This document shows, piece by piece, positions 24,223-38,667 of a stretch of 64,000 bases of DNA. How positions within the stretch are numbered: the first letter of the stretch is position 1; every line of letters starts with the position of its first letter. Both the position numbers and the translations under genes were made by a program. The notes beneath the pieces are model-generated. The model worked only from the letters and a program-made list of their open reading frames with translations, searched no databases and was not told the origin of the DNA. The stretch lies in contig OX597817.1 of assembly GCA_951406725.2 (NCBI GenBank), positions 59,768,001 to 59,832,000 of the forward strand, given 5' to 3'. The stretch comes from Octopus vulgaris. Lineage: Eukaryota.

Positions 24223-27200
24223 CTCCTTTAAAATTCCTAAGCTTCAATCATTTTTATACAAACCCCAGTTTAGATAAAACCTCCAATCTCCTGATTCAAA
24301 CGGCCTTCATAGTCTTTCTTTCCTTGATAATGTCTACATTGTGGTAATTCAATCCAGTCATTTGGGCTTTCTTTGTGATGGAACGCAGCCAGCATTTCCA
24401 TTATCTGTTTCCATTTTATGCTTGTACAATTGCTAGCCTTTCTTTGCATTAAATTCTTATAATCCACATATATTGTCAAACTCAAATAGCTTTTTTTTTT
24501 TTTGTCCCCCACCCTGTATTTTCTTTGTGAGCTTTTTCAAAATATTAGAAATCTAGCACAACTTCTTCAATTCAATTCAAGATTTTTGATATAAAATTTT
24601 AGATTCACTTCATGTTTGGCATCTTTTACTAGTTTCATTGGCATGTTTTTACACTCTTTTTCTGTGGAATTATTTTTGTTTCATTCACCAATGAAATCTT
24701 TCTGACCATTGATTTCCAAACTTATTGGAATTCCCACTTGTAATTTAGTACTAATTATGGTAGCAACCTAATTTTACTGATGGTGGAATGGTGGAATTTT
24801 AATCTAGACGTCTGTCATTAAGTTTGTAGACGTGAATTGTTGATGGATTACCATTTTCTTTCAGTATCCATTGAAATGAAAGTGGTTATAACAATGATAA
24901 TATTGATAACTAGCAGTATCGCCCGGCGTTGCTCGGGTTTGTAAGGGAAATAACTATAAAGCATTTTTAGAGAGTTATAGCCAAAAAATAGCAAAAAAAT
25001 GATGGTAAATTTTTTTTTTGATAGTTAAAAAGGTCGAGTTGCGTCCCCTAGACCATCTGTGATTTGTGTTTCTGATTGTCGACCCCATGTCGAATTTATT
25101 GATCTTTTTCAGAACTGGGGGAACTTTTCAAAATTTTCGCTGCGTTAGTTTTGAATTATGACATTGGGCTACTGCCGTTTATATATAGAGAGATAATATT
25201 AGAGATAATTATCACAAACCAACTTTAGTCATTACTTCCCTTGTGTTGCTATGAACAGCATCAATTGGTTGCATTTAAAACTGATTGCACCTTGTTGTTT
25301 TACTGCTATCATGAAAACAAACATTAAGGTATAGTCTCTTGTTTTCTTTACCCATTTTATTAAAATGACTAATAACCAATTAGGTTGTAGACTTTTGTGG
25401 GTGCTTTTTTTTTTCTTCTTTTTTTTTTTTAGTTTTTTTCTCTCCCCCCCAAATGTTTGTTTCTTTTATTTTTTACAATTCTAGTTGTATTGAGTAGTTT
25501 GTTGACCTTTCATGATATAGATGTTGTGTTACATGTCCTCCTCTAACTCTCTCTCTCTCTCTCTCTCTTAAAGGAAAAACAAAAAAAGATCAATAAATTA
25601 AATCTGGCCTCACCAATCTGTAGTTTTATCTTGATTTTTTTTAATGTTGGGTGTAAATTGTATGGAGCATTGTGTATTATATAATATATATATATATATT
25701 ATATATATCATGTTATGTCATATATGTTTATATATTATTATTATGTTATATATATAATATTATATATTTATGTAATTAAGATAATGGTAGGGACTTAGTA
25801 AGGGCTTGTTATTACTATCAGATCTACTAGCGTTGCATAGTCTTACTTTTCTTTTTTTTTGTATATTAGAAGAGGATTTAAAAAAACTCTAAATTAATCT
25901 AAAGTGATTCAGTGATTAGATTACAAGAAAAAAATATTACTTTCTGTGTAATGCTCAATGCATTTGTTACATATATTTTTAGGGGACAAGGTGTAATGAT
26001 TATTTTGGTTGCCCTGCAATAGAAAATTCTATCAGAAGAGAAAATCTTTCTCTCATCTGCATCAGACAATGAATGTTAAGCAGCTATGAGAATGTGATGC
26101 ATGTCTGTCAACCTCATAATCATCATCATCATCATCCTCATCAACATTTAACGTTTGTCTTCCATGCTGCTATGGGCTGGACAATAAAGCCAAAAGACTC
26201 TACCAAATGCCACTGTCTACTTTGGCGTGGTTTTTATGACTGGATGTCCTTCCTAATGCCAACCACCTCACAGGATATGATTTTTAAATACCCTTGACAA
26301 CTGCTGGCTAATCTTGCTCATATTCTGCTTCAGTTTTTAGTGAAATACTTTATATTTTCATTCACTTATGTCTAATTGAAGAATTGGCTGATTAGTATTA
26401 ACTATTATGTCGTGAGTACTTGAGAGTTCCCCAGAATAACCATAGCTGTGACTTGGTAGCATTTACCATGATTTTGCTAATTGCTGTTGGTAGTTGTGAA
26501 CCCCCCCGTCATTGAACCAGCAGAAGAAGATCCAGGCCACAAGAGGTGGAGAGGAGGACTGCACTAGTATTAGGCTGGCACTCCTTTCAAATGAGAAGTA
26601 ATGAAGGGCCTTGCTTGAGCACATCTGGTTCAGGAAGAAATCCGTGAACCCTAGTGTTAGCATAACAACCTAAAACCAGGCCACAAAATTAGATTTTATT
26701 AGCTTTGTTACACGTAATTAATTTCTATTGAATTTAGTAGCTTTACAAACTGTTTGCTATGGTATCTGCCTCAGTAAATATATACCTAGGTTTAATTGCA
26801 GTGATTTATTAATTAATTTTTTTTCTTCATGAATTTGAATTGAAAAAGAAAACAAAAAATCTGTCTGGGTATTGCAGCTAATCCTGAATCTTGCAACAGG
26901 ATGATCCTTAATGGAATTAAGTTTATTTACTTCAGGTTTTACTGATCAAGAATTATTGTTCTGGGCCAAATAAAATGAACCATTTTTAATTGGTTTCCTT
27001 TGAACAATTTCTTTCAATAACTCAAATTGCAAACTCATGGATTTTTTGTTTTTGGTTTTTCAATATTTTTCTTCAGCAGCAACAGCCATTTAGATAAAAC
27101 TGCAATGTTTTACATAAAAACTATGTGCATCTAGTTTGAGGCCTGTTTGATTTGTTTCTTTTATTATTTTTCTGCTTTAATGTTGAAACCAGTTTTTATT

Positions 27201-27330
27201 TATTTTTTTTTTTAAAAAAAAGGCTTTTTCTGAATAGCTTTTTTATTCTTTCTTTTTACTTTCAAATGGACATGAGTTAAATATTTTTGCAAATTTTGTG
27301 TTTTTCTAAATATAAAGTGTTGGAACAAGT
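21900..27330 (+). other. Probable terminal non-coding exon / long 3'UTR of the zinc-finger gene
   Basis: Strong acceptor tttctttttctttttccag ending at 21899, candidate donor TTG|gtaatg at 19079, and U-rich TE-poor sequence. A TATAAA variant near 27310 is followed by a U-rich tract. The 3' end is approximate. Confidence 0.45.
24910..25193 (-). mobile_element. Non-autonomous Helitron (284 bp)
   Basis: On the minus strand it starts TC(tctctatatataaa), ends CTAG, has the GC hairpin cccgagcaacgccggg shortly before the 3' end, and sits between A and T with no TSD. Confidence 0.8.
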
Positions 27331-30300
27331 TTTTTTTTTTTTTTTGTGTTTTTTTAATGACTGACTGCCTATCTTTTCTACCACAAAACATTCTGCTTGG
27401 CAGGAGTTGTGCAACTTAAGATCAGTAATACATATGCATTGCCTTAATGGTACAACACTGCTTTCATCTTGGTTCAGTTAATGAACTGTGATCATGCTGG
27501 GGCACCACCTTGAATGGGTTTTATTCAAATGCATTGACCCTGTACTTATTTATTGAAATCTGGCACTATTATCAAACCATTAGGTTACAGAGACGTAAAC
27601 AAACCAACTTTGGTTGTCAAACAGGACAGGCAAGAAACAAATCCATTCCCCCCTCCCCCATACATACACACTGAGCTTCCACTCCTTTTCCATCTACCAA
27701 ATTCACTCCTAAGATCTAGGTCCTCTTGAGGCTTTAGTAAAAAAAAGCACTTGTTTGAGATGCTGCACAATGGGACTGAACCTGAAACCAATGTTTTCAA
27801 ACCAAGCTTGTTAATCACCTAATCATGCCTGCATTATGGCACTTCAAAGAAATTGACCATAGTGTTCACAGTGCCAGATTCTTGACCATCGTGTAATTAG
27901 TTGCTTTGTGACAAAGCACAGCACTTTGGTCTTGTTTGTCTCCGTTTAAATAAGTGAAGTTTGTGTCCCCAGTTCCATGTAGTGATCGGATGGTTTTTAC
28001 TGGAGGTGGGAGATGGGGAACGAGGAAAAAAAAAAAACAGAACTTGTTCTTCTGAGTCTCAAAAGAAAAACCTGATTTTGTCAAAACTATTTAACTTGCG
28101 TTGGCATGGAAAAGTGAATGTAAAAAAGTTTGAGAAGAAAATAACCAAAAAAAAAAAAGATTAAAAAAAGCCAGGTATGGATCAAATGTTAGTTTCCATT
28201 AAACTGTTTGATTTGTTGGTTGTTGTTATTGTGTGTGAAAACCAGAGGTGAAAGACTGACCAGTTCTAGAATGGTCCTGTTTCCTTTAGCATGGAATCAT
28301 CTTGAGAGTAAATGTTTGCAACTTGGATTACTTCTCTTTGCTCACCAGATGTAGTCTGTAACATTATCAGTTTCTCATCATTTCTTGCTTTAGAGTGGAT
28401 TATTTCGGTTGTTGAATGTATTTCATCCTATTTAATTCCCCCTCCACACACACGTCACAAATCATAATCATATCCTAAGAAAATGAGAAATGAACAACAC
28501 AATACAATCATCTGCTAAAACGTATGTCTTTCAATTAAATTTTTTTTTTATTAAAAGATTGTTTTTTTTTTTTTTGTTTCTACTCCAAAGTGTTGAAGTG
28601 CTTAATTATGTTAAATAAGGGCAAATTTGATTTTATTTAAAGATGATTTTCCTTTCTTTTTCACTTGGATTATAGTCAGGCACTTCTGTCTTCATTTTGT
28701 ATTTTATCAACCAACTCTTTCATTCTTTCATTTTGATTCTCTTAAAAAACGGCTGTGGTGTGTTGATGGATCTATTTTCAATATTATCAAGATTTTAATA
28801 GTTTAACATAAAATGAATTTGATTATCAGATATCCATTGACTGGATAAGTTAATCCCTCCATTAAAAAGAAGCTAAGATTGGTGAATGTTGTTAGGAACA
28901 AAAAAAAAAATCAAAACAGTCAAATTGTTAAACTATTTAAAAGTTCATTCATTCATTAAAACTGCAGGTATGGTTCTTACAATTCATAAATTTGCTAAAT
29001 ACAAGATTCATAATTAGTTCTATGTTTATAAAGCAACTAATTTCTCTTCAAAGTATATTAGTTCACCACGATCAGTTGCTTTTCATTTCTTTTCAGAGTT
29101 GCTTTTCCCTTTTCTTAATCTGTTTGGTTTTGAATTTACTGCTTTGAAATTCAGGAAATCTGCAATTTCTATTTGATGCGTCTTATAAAAACCATCTTCC
29201 TGTCTTTCTTCTCTCCATCTTTGAAAGCTGTCTCTATCCCAGCTTTACGTTTTCCTGATTTTGTAGAATCCTTGTTTGTAGTATAGAAGTGCAGCTCATA
29301 ATACTTCAACACTTTGTTCATTCATCATCCTCACTCACACACACACACTGCATCAATCAAACGATAATCCTCTCATAGGGCAGCAACCATTCCATTTCTC
29401 TGCATCATTCCCCACTTGTCTGTCGGCTGTAGAACCATCTTTCACCAAACAGAACCATTATTCCAATGATTTACTTGGGTTGATATTTTTCTTTGAGCCA
29501 TTCATTCTTCATGTACTTTTAGTTAACCATTCAACTGTTTTGCTCAACATGATTTTATTGGAGTGATTGATTTTTTTTCTTTTCCTCTTTTTTTTTTCCC
29601 CCTCGTATTATTTCTCAACAGGGTGGTGGGGGTACTGCACATGCCTGCATCATGCAGTGAGAACGACCAGTATTTTATGTCACCTGGACTTCACAAAGTG
29701 ATACAATCCATTCCCATCAAAATAAAAATGAATCATGTCAATTTTTATAAAGAGAAATTTGTATATATTTAATTTTGTTTCATTTTACTTTGCTTTTAAA
29801 AAAAAAAAACAAGTCAAAGGTTACATGTTGCGTAAGTTGGGATCTCTCTCCCCTATTTTGCACCAAACTCATTTTGTTTGAGGATTGTTTGACGAGTTGA
29901 AAGAAATCTGTACTTCCATTCAGCATTGTCCTGTTCAGATAGAAAACAATTGCTCTGGAATCTATGGCCAAAGTGAAGCAGTTAATGTTAAATCCAGACA
30001 GGTAATACGCATCATTGCCAGGAATATGGAGCAGATATTTCATAGGCCCATGATTTTTTTTTTTTTTTTTTTTTGTACCCTGATACACGGTCACAGTTCG
30101 GAAGAAGTTGCCTTGTCTACTGAGTCCAACGTAGAACTAACTGCCTGTTTAGATTGAAAGGTAAGGTTTGAGCTTGGAACACAGCTGAATAAAAATACTG
30201 CAATCATTTGATTCATTACTCTGTTTCTGCTGGTCCATCGTAGTTCATAATTCTCATGAATTATATTGACACAAAGCCATCAGGAAGGACACGGTTGATT

Positions 30301-31698
30301 GAGTTGGTGCTTGTTTCAGTGACTTTAGAAAGTTGAAAGGTAAAGTAAAACAAAAGCACTTTGACTCCCTTTATTACAACTTGTTTGCTCCTCTTTCACC
30401 TGTGTTCTGATTGACTGACAATTCCAACTTCTCTCTGCCCTTAACTCTGCTTGCCACACGAAATCTCTTTTGAATTAGCACAGCAATTTTCACTGGTGTC
30501 AATATGGTCAATTGAAACAACTTCTTGTCCATTTTATCAATCTTCTAAGATAAACAAGACAAAGCTGATCCCAGTCGAATATTGCCTGAGCATAAAATAA
30601 AGATAAAACTTTTAATCCTGAGCACCCCCCCTTCATTGTTCCTGTTAAATGAACGAAGAATGAATTCTGTTTATTCAGATCAATGGTTGAAGTGTTATTT
30701 TATCTCCTGTGTTTCCAGCAAACTCGAATCCTTTTTGCTCCCTATTTTGGAGAGTGGCAGGGGAATATTTGTTTCTCCTGCTCTGATTTATCTCTAAATC
30801 TGAGTGAAGATAAACATAATCTCAGTAGCCAAGACTTTGTAATCAGTGTATCTATTTCAACAAGACCCTTGGGTCTGGCTGTGATTTTGATTTCTTGTTT
30901 GACTAAATGATTTGATTTTATAGGATTGGAGGACGAATAAGATTCGGTGATCATCATTTTTTCAGGAACATTTAACAATTCAAATTATGGCAATAAGAAA
31001 ATTCACCAGGAACAATATTTGGTGCCAAATATGCAACTGAACAGAAGAAGCGATATTCTGGATGTACACTTTCATCATCTCATTGGATGGAACCAAAGAA
31101 ATATATTTTCCTTTTCTGGTTGTTTGAAGCCATCATCATTGATTGTATTTCCAGTGCAGTTTCCTTCAAGCTAATATCATTGAAGTTGATGGTTCGTCCC
31201 CTTCACTTCATCTATTGGCTTTCACAACATAGATTTGCCGTGCTCTTCAAGATGTCTCCTCAAGCAGTAATCCGCCAGTTGCCGTCTTTGTCTCGTTTAT
31301 CTTTTCAGTTGGAACACTCGCACCACCACCAATCTTAAGTTCAATGTTTTTACCAAATGATTTTAAGAACCAACATGTAGGTGTACATTCCATTTCATTA
31401 TTTTTCCTGACGTTTATATGTGTGTCCATGTGTCACAGCCATACAACATAGACTCACCTGTTGCTAAAGTATTTATTTCTTATAATGTTACCTTTATGAC
31501 AGCTTCCAGGTTCTTAGTTGACAGATGACATAATTACCTTTCTGCCATTGGTATAAGAAACCAAAATGTCACCCTGCAATATGCTTCCTAGATTGAACAT
31601 CGAAGAGATTTGCTGCACTGTCCAGGATCACTACTAGCTCTTGTATCTTCATAGTGTAGGATGAAAGATGATTGCATTCTCAAGTTGCTTCTGTATCC

Positions 31699-32227
31699 AT
31701 AAGTTTCACTTTGGTTGGATGACGCCTCCACGAGAGATTTTGAGCTCTGATAAGGAGGTGAGTGTAAGTTCCATCCAACTGCCTCTCATGCTTCTTTGAT
31801 AACGTCCAGGTTTCTGAGCCATATAGTAGAACTGGTTCGACTGTGGCTTTGAAGATTTTAAGTTTGAAATCTCTACTTAGATTTGATGACCAGATCTTAT
31901 GCATATCATTACAGGCTGACCAGGCCATACCCATTCTAGTTAGAAATATATGGGAAATTACCACCTGTATTATCTCTAGTAAAAGGTAGAAGAGTCCAGT
32001 TTGCTGGACATTGTTGTAGAGCTGAAAATGAGGTAATTTCTACTCTTCTCTGGAAGCCATCTGCTCACGATACCAGAGGGCGCACACTCTCTTACTCTGA
32101 TGTAATCTCCAGGGATACAGGCATCCAGCAACAGGACCTCCATAATGCTATGATGGACCGTGAAGTCTGGCGTAACATTCCATTGTCTCGACCACAGTCG
32201 AACAATGATGATGATAAGTTTCACTTT
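31699..32227. mobile_element. RTE-type LINE insertion with 5' inversion and 14-bp TSD
   Basis: Inverted part (-) encodes AWSACNDMHKIW..VEPVLLYGSETWTL..SWRRHPTK. Direct part (+) encodes IYGKLPP..RRVQFAGHC..MMDREVWR and ends in (GAT)n. TSD ataagtttcacttt at 31699-31712 and 32214-32227. Confidence 0.9.
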
Positions 32228-33143
32228 TTTGATACTTCTTGCATGAGACCATTCCTAGGATACGAATTTCATGTTTATTTACGTTCTAAACAACAACTTA
32301 ATCATGACAGTTATTATTTTACTAAATTCTTCGTTATTTTCAAAATTAATTGAAACTAAGTGTATTTCAAAAGAAATCTAGTAAGAAGGAGGTTAATGGA
32401 TTTCTATCATCGCAGTTGAGCAGTTTTTGTCTTGCAAGGTACATGGTGACCCTGTTGGTGCTGATGTTACATAAAAGTGAACCCAGGACACTCTGTAAAG
32501 TGGTTGGCATTTGGAAGGTCCTAATCGGACAACGGAACCTGGTGTGGCACCTGACCATGCCACTTCCTGTCAGACCATTCAACGTATGCCAGCATGGAAA
32601 GCTGACATTAAATGATGATGATAAACCTCTGGATAGAACCAGATGATTCACAAATTGCTCTGGTGTTCAGTAATGAAATTTTATCATTTAAAACCTCTGC
32701 AAATGTTGTCTTAGATTTTCATGAAGTCAATCAGCAATGCTGTTCGTTTTGATTCTTTGATGCAGGAATGGGAGATGTTTTGATGTTTTAAGCCCAAAGA
32801 AATTTTGTCTGACATTTTCAATGTCATTGATGTTCAATTGACCCTTCTTTGTTTTGTAACTCATCTTGCCTGATTTAAGCAAAAATTATATAGGTGCAGA
32901 CATGGCTGCAATGTTAAGATGCTCACATTGAAACTATGTGGTTTCAGGTTCAGTCCCACTGCTTGGGCAAGTAAGAGTCCTCTGTTATCACCCCCTCAGC
33001 TGAACAACCAACGAATTTGGTAAGCAGAAACTGGACATCCATCATGTATATATGTGTTTGTTTTGTCCCCCTATCACTGCTTGACAACCAGTGTTGTTTA
33101 TTTAGTGATTCATCAATAGAGACCAATAGAATAATTAAAAGAC

Positions 33144-33365
33144 AAGGCGGCAAGCTGGCAGAAACGTTAGCATGCCAGGCGAAATGTTTAGTGGTATTTT
33201 GTCTGTCTTTACGTTCTGAGTTCAAATTCTGCCGAGGTCGACTTGGCCTTTCATCCTTTCGGGGTCGATAAATTAAATACCAGTTGCGTACTGGAGGCTG
33301 ATCTAATCAACTGGCTCCTTCCCCGAAAATTTTGGGTCTTGTGCATCGAGTAGAAAAGAAAGAAT
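33144..33365 (+). mobile_element. SINE family B (ggcggcaagctggcagaaacgttagca...gagttcaaattc...gcctttcatcctttcggggtcgataaa)
   Basis: B-box-like gagttcaaattc. Homologous to 45600-45830 and to decayed copies near 3560 and 8410. Confidence 0.75.
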
Positions 33366-33593
33366 AAAAGACTAATAGTGGTGTAAATTTGTTTGACTAA
33401 ACCCTTTGAGGCAGTGCTACAGCATGGCCACAATTCAATGACTAAATTGAGTAAAAGCTTGGACTGAAGCCCTGTGAGTGGATTTGGTTGGCAGAAACTG
33501 AAAGAAGCCTGTCATGTGTCTCCCACCACTTCTTGATAACTGGTGTTGGTGTGTTTATGTTCCTATGACTTAGCAGTTTAACAAAACAGACTC

Positions 33594-34490
33594 ATCATCA
33601 TCGTTTAACGTCCGCTTTCCATGCTAGCATGGGTTGGACGATTTTGACTGAGGGCTGGTGAACCAGATGGCTGCACCAGGCTCCAATCTTGATTTGGTAG
33701 TATTTCTATAGCTGGATGCCCTTCCTAATGCCAACCACTCCAAGAGTGTAGTGGGTGCTTTTTATGTGCCACCGGCACGGGGGCCAGTCAGGCGGTACTG
33801 GCAACGACCTCGCTCGAATCCTTTTACACATACCACCAGCACAGGTGCCAGTAAGGTGATGTTGGTAACGATCGCGCTCAAATGGTGCCCTTTTACGTGT
33901 CACTGGCATGGAAGCCAGTTGGCTGCTCTGGCAACGATCACACTCAAATGGTGCTCTTGGCATCCTACTAGCACGGGCACAAGTGCCAGTAAGGTGACAT
34001 TCTACTAAATTTGTTATTTCCAAATTAAATTGAAACAGAAGCAATGTATCTCAACAGAAATATGGTAACAAAAGGGGCGAATATTGTAGGATGCAAACCT
34101 TGGAAAATACGTCGATGCCATCCTGATCCGAATGGATTTGTTGGAAGGACATCAAGATAAAATTTCAAATGGAAATTGTAGTTAAGATACCTATGCCAGT
34201 GACACGTAAAAGGCACCGTCTGAACGTGGCAGATGCCAGCGCCGCCTGGCTGGCGTCCGTGTCAGTGACACGTAAAAGCATCAATCGATCGTAGCCGTTT
34301 GCCAGCCTCCCCTGGCACGTAAAAAACACCCACTACACTCATGGAGTGGTTGGCGTTAGGAAGGGCATCCAGCTGTAGAAACACTGCCAGATCAGACTGG
34401 AGCCTGTTGCAGCCTCCTGGCTTCCCAGACCCCGGTCAAACCGTTCAACCCATTCTAGCATGGAAAACGGACGTTAAATGATGATGATGA
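33594..34490. mobile_element. Divergent (inverted) pair of RTE-tail repeats: 33594-34000 (-) and 34160-34490 (+)
   Basis: (CAT)n start on the left and (GAT)n end on the right, with the same family core in opposite orientation. Confidence 0.8.
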
Positions 34491-35531
34491 TAGTCACAAA
34501 TGTTAAAATAGATTTAAAAGCAGATTTGAACCCCAGGCTTCTGAGTTGCCAAATAAACACCACACTCGGGAAGACTTTAGTTCGTTTGCTTTTAATAAGC
34601 AGACTAATACAATAGCCATTATTAATGGCTTGTGAAGCTGCTGTTCCTGTTTGGTATCAGTGGGGATGATAAAATGACAAACCAGAAGCAGGTAATAAAT
34701 AATACATTCGTTATTCTTCAGGATAAACATAATGAAGATCAGATAAATAATGACATAAATATTGATAAACAAACGGCAGAAATAGTTCCTCATGCTGTGA
34801 ATGGATGTCTAGATTCTATTTATAAATATTGTGATTGTAGACTGACATCGGAACATTGCATGTTGGAAGCGGTTGTTGTCTGCATGAATTACTTGCTGTA
34901 AAGACTTGTGTTAGATAATGTCAGCCTTCACTCTATTCGAACCTGCCACACAGGCGTCCTCCTCTGCATACATAGGCACAGGCATGGCTGTGTGGTTAAG
35001 AAGCTTGCTTTTCAGGTTCAGTCCCTCTGTGCAGTATCTTGGGTAGGAGTCTTGTATTATAGCCTCAGGCCAACCAATGCCTTGTGAGAGAATTTTATTG
35101 ATGGAAATTGTGTTGAAGCCCATTGTGTGTGTGTGAGCATATATATATATATATGACTAACAGCACCCAGCACACTTTGAAGTGGTTGGTCTTAGGAAGG
35201 GCATCCAGTGATAGAGGCCATGCCAAAGCAGACACTGGAACCCGACGCAGCTCACTGGACGCTACCAAAACATCCGGTCCATGCCAACATGGAAGGCACA
35301 TGTTAAATGATGATGATATATTTGTGTCTGTTTGTCCTCCACCCCCAAAAGAGACCAATTGAATATGTAGCAGACTTTAAAAGAAAGAAACAAGTACTGT
35401 GGTTGATTGGTTTGACTAAATCCTTCAAGACTGTGCTCCAGCATGGCCACAGTCCAATTACTGAAACCAGTTAAAGATATAAAGATGCTGCATAGAGATT
35501 CTAATGGAGAAACAGACACAAACACACACAC

Positions 35532-35565
<34 letters not shown>

Positions 35566-38500
35566 GGCTTCTTTCAGTTTCCGTCTACCAAATCCACTCA
35601 ATGCTTTGGCTGGCTCGAGGCTATAGTAGAAGACACTTTCCTAAAGTGCCATGCAGTGGGACCGAACCTGGAGCCATGTGATTGGGAAGCAAGTTTGTTA
35701 CCACACAGCCATGTCTGCACCTATGGAAGATTGGAAATGGACATCACTAGTGTGATGGTGGCACTTGTTTACTATTATTGTGATGTCAGGGCAAGGCTGC
35801 AATAACAAACATACACACATGTACATATATATACACACATACATGATGGGCTTTTTTCAATTTCTGTCCACCACATCCACTCAGAAGGCTTTTTTTGACC
35901 AAGGGTTATAGCAGAGGGCACTTGTCCAAGGTGTCAAGCAGTAAGAATGAACATGAAGCCATAGGGTTGGGAAGCAAAATTCTTAGTATACAGCCACATT
36001 TGGTTTCTGGTGGGGTGGCCACAACAACCTGCAACCTTCACAACTCAACATATTTCTTTCATGAAATGCTGACCTGATAATCTCAAGTACACAATTGCTA
36101 GGGATATTAAGGGAGTAGTTATCAATTACCTCCCATACATGACTAACTCTACCCAAATTGTTACATTATCCTTTAAAATCCATTTTCCATACTGGCAGGG
36201 ACTGGACAGTTTGACAGGATCCAATGGTCCCAAGATCTGTATTATGTTCTACGGTCTGCTTTGACATAGTTTTTATGGCTTTAATACCAACCGTTTTTCA
36301 GCATGTACTGGGTGCTTTTTTTGTGTGACCACCATTAGAGAAACTGTCATATAGATGGTAAGACTATGATCCCCAACAGTATGACTTTATGCTGGCAGAT
36401 AGGGGACAAAACGTATGTAAAAGTATGAGGGAAGGGGTCAGAGCAGAATGGATTTTAGAAGAGGGATGGGAGAGTATAGGAGATGACAGTGCTAAACAGT
36501 AGAAAAGTAATGACGTTGGGTAAGTTGTGGGAGGAGAGATGTAAGGTGGTGGAGGAGCAGTTGTAATTGGTGGAGGGTGGATAACTAGTGAAATGGTTCT
36601 GGGTGGCAAGAAAAGTGGTTTCCGAGAAGAGCTTGGTGTTAGGGAAGTGACGAGGGTATCTTTGGGAGGAATATGAGATGTGTTGCCAAAAGACTAGACA
36701 ATATCCAAAAGAAGGAATCTCCATTGATTGACAAAAATATTCACTGATGATATAATTGGTTGCTGGTCCTGTTGGTTATTCTCTCTACCGCTTCAGCTCT
36801 ACAAGGGTCTCTTATAAACAAATCAGCTTGGGTGGGGACATTAGGACAACAATCGACCCCCATGGCTTTAATAAAGGGTTCAATTCTAAGAATGTTACTG
36901 AAATAGACAGATGAAAACTGTCAGCAGCAACAACCAAAATGTGATTATTGCAATCAGTATGAAAACATAAACCCCAGTATATAACAGTGTATGCGATATG
37001 TATTTGTATATCGTCATTGTTTTAATGTCTACTTTTCAATGCTTGAATGGGTTAGACAAAATTCATTGAAGCAGGTTTTTTTGTTACAGATGGATGCCCT
37101 TCCTGTCTATAACCTTTACCTGTCTCCAAGTGAGGTAATATTTCCCCCTTGTCCTTTGAACATGAACAGCACAGTGGTCAGGCATCATTTCATGGAAGAT
37201 TACAAACAACACTGCTTGTATGGTGGGAGACATTTACTTACAATCACCGTATGACCCTGAGACAAAGTGACACATATATACACACAGTGGACTCTTTTCA
37301 GTTTCCATCAACGAAATCCACTCTGAAGGCTTTGGTCTGTCCAAGGTGCCACGCAATAGGACTGAACCTCTCTTTTTTTATATATATGCAGAGGCGTGGC
37401 TGTGTGGTAAGAAGTTTGCTTCCCAACCACATGGTTCCAGGTTCAGTCCCGCTCTGCACCTTGGGCAAGCGTCTTTTACTATAACCTCGGGATTTGGTAG
37501 ATGAAAACTGAAAGAATCTTAATGCGTGTGTGTATATTTACATCATTTAGCATTCGTTTTCCATGCTAGAATGGGGCAAGACAGTTTTACTGGAGCTGGT
37601 GAGCCAGAGAGCCACACCGGGCTCTAGTCTGTTTTGGCTTGCTTTCTATCACTGGATGTCCTTCCTAATGCCACCCACTCCAACGAATGTACCAGGTGCC
37701 TTTTACATGCGTCACCGCCACTAGCCACAACCACAATTCCACTAAAGCTTAACATGTCTTCTCAAGCACAACAAATCACCAAAAGTCTTCAATTGCCGTC
37801 ACTTCCATCAGACTCAACATCCAATGGTTATATTTCACCACCTCATCCCACATCTTCCTGGGTCTACCTCTTCTGCAGTTTCCATCTACTGAATTTCACT
37901 CACAAGGTGTGGAGCTTTTGACAATAACATCTCAAGTTGTGATGCTGTGGGATGGAACCCAGGAGCTTGCTGTTCCATAACGAATTTCTTAATTCAGCCA
38001 CACTTTGCCTATGTAGTGTTCACATGTATCTTTTACTTGTTTCAGTCATTGGACTGTGGTCATGCTGGGGCACCAACTCGATAGGTTTAGTCAAACAAAT
38101 TGTACACACTACTTATTTTGAAGTCTGATATTTACTCTGTTAGTGTTTTTGCTGAATCGCTAAGTTATGGGGATGTAAACAAACCCACACCAGTCGACAA
38201 GTGGTAGTGGGGACAAACGCACACAATACAGGCTTCCACACAGTTTCTGTCAACTAGATTCACTCACAAGTCATTGGTTAGGCCAGGGCTGTAGTGGGAC
38301 TGAACCCAAGACCTCATGGTTGCCAGTTGAGCTTTTTAACCATACAGCCTTATCATGTTAAGAGGAGTGTAATCACATGCTAACCTCTTGAAATCTCTGT
38401 TAACATTTATCTTCCTTTATTCACCAAACAAAATATTTTTACTAAGCTTCTTAATGTCACCATACTACAACTGTGCATGGACTTCAGCATTTAGCTGTCG

Positions 38501-38667
38501 TTTCACTGACAGAAATCACGTACAGTCTCATGACTGCAGACCTATGTGGTTTCCCAGTTTTTGAATTACAAAAATTCATTTAATGCAAACATTATCCCAA
38601 GTGTCAGCTGACAGAGAAGCAGCTTTGAAATTGTACACTTTGCTCAAAATAACAACCATGGCCATTC

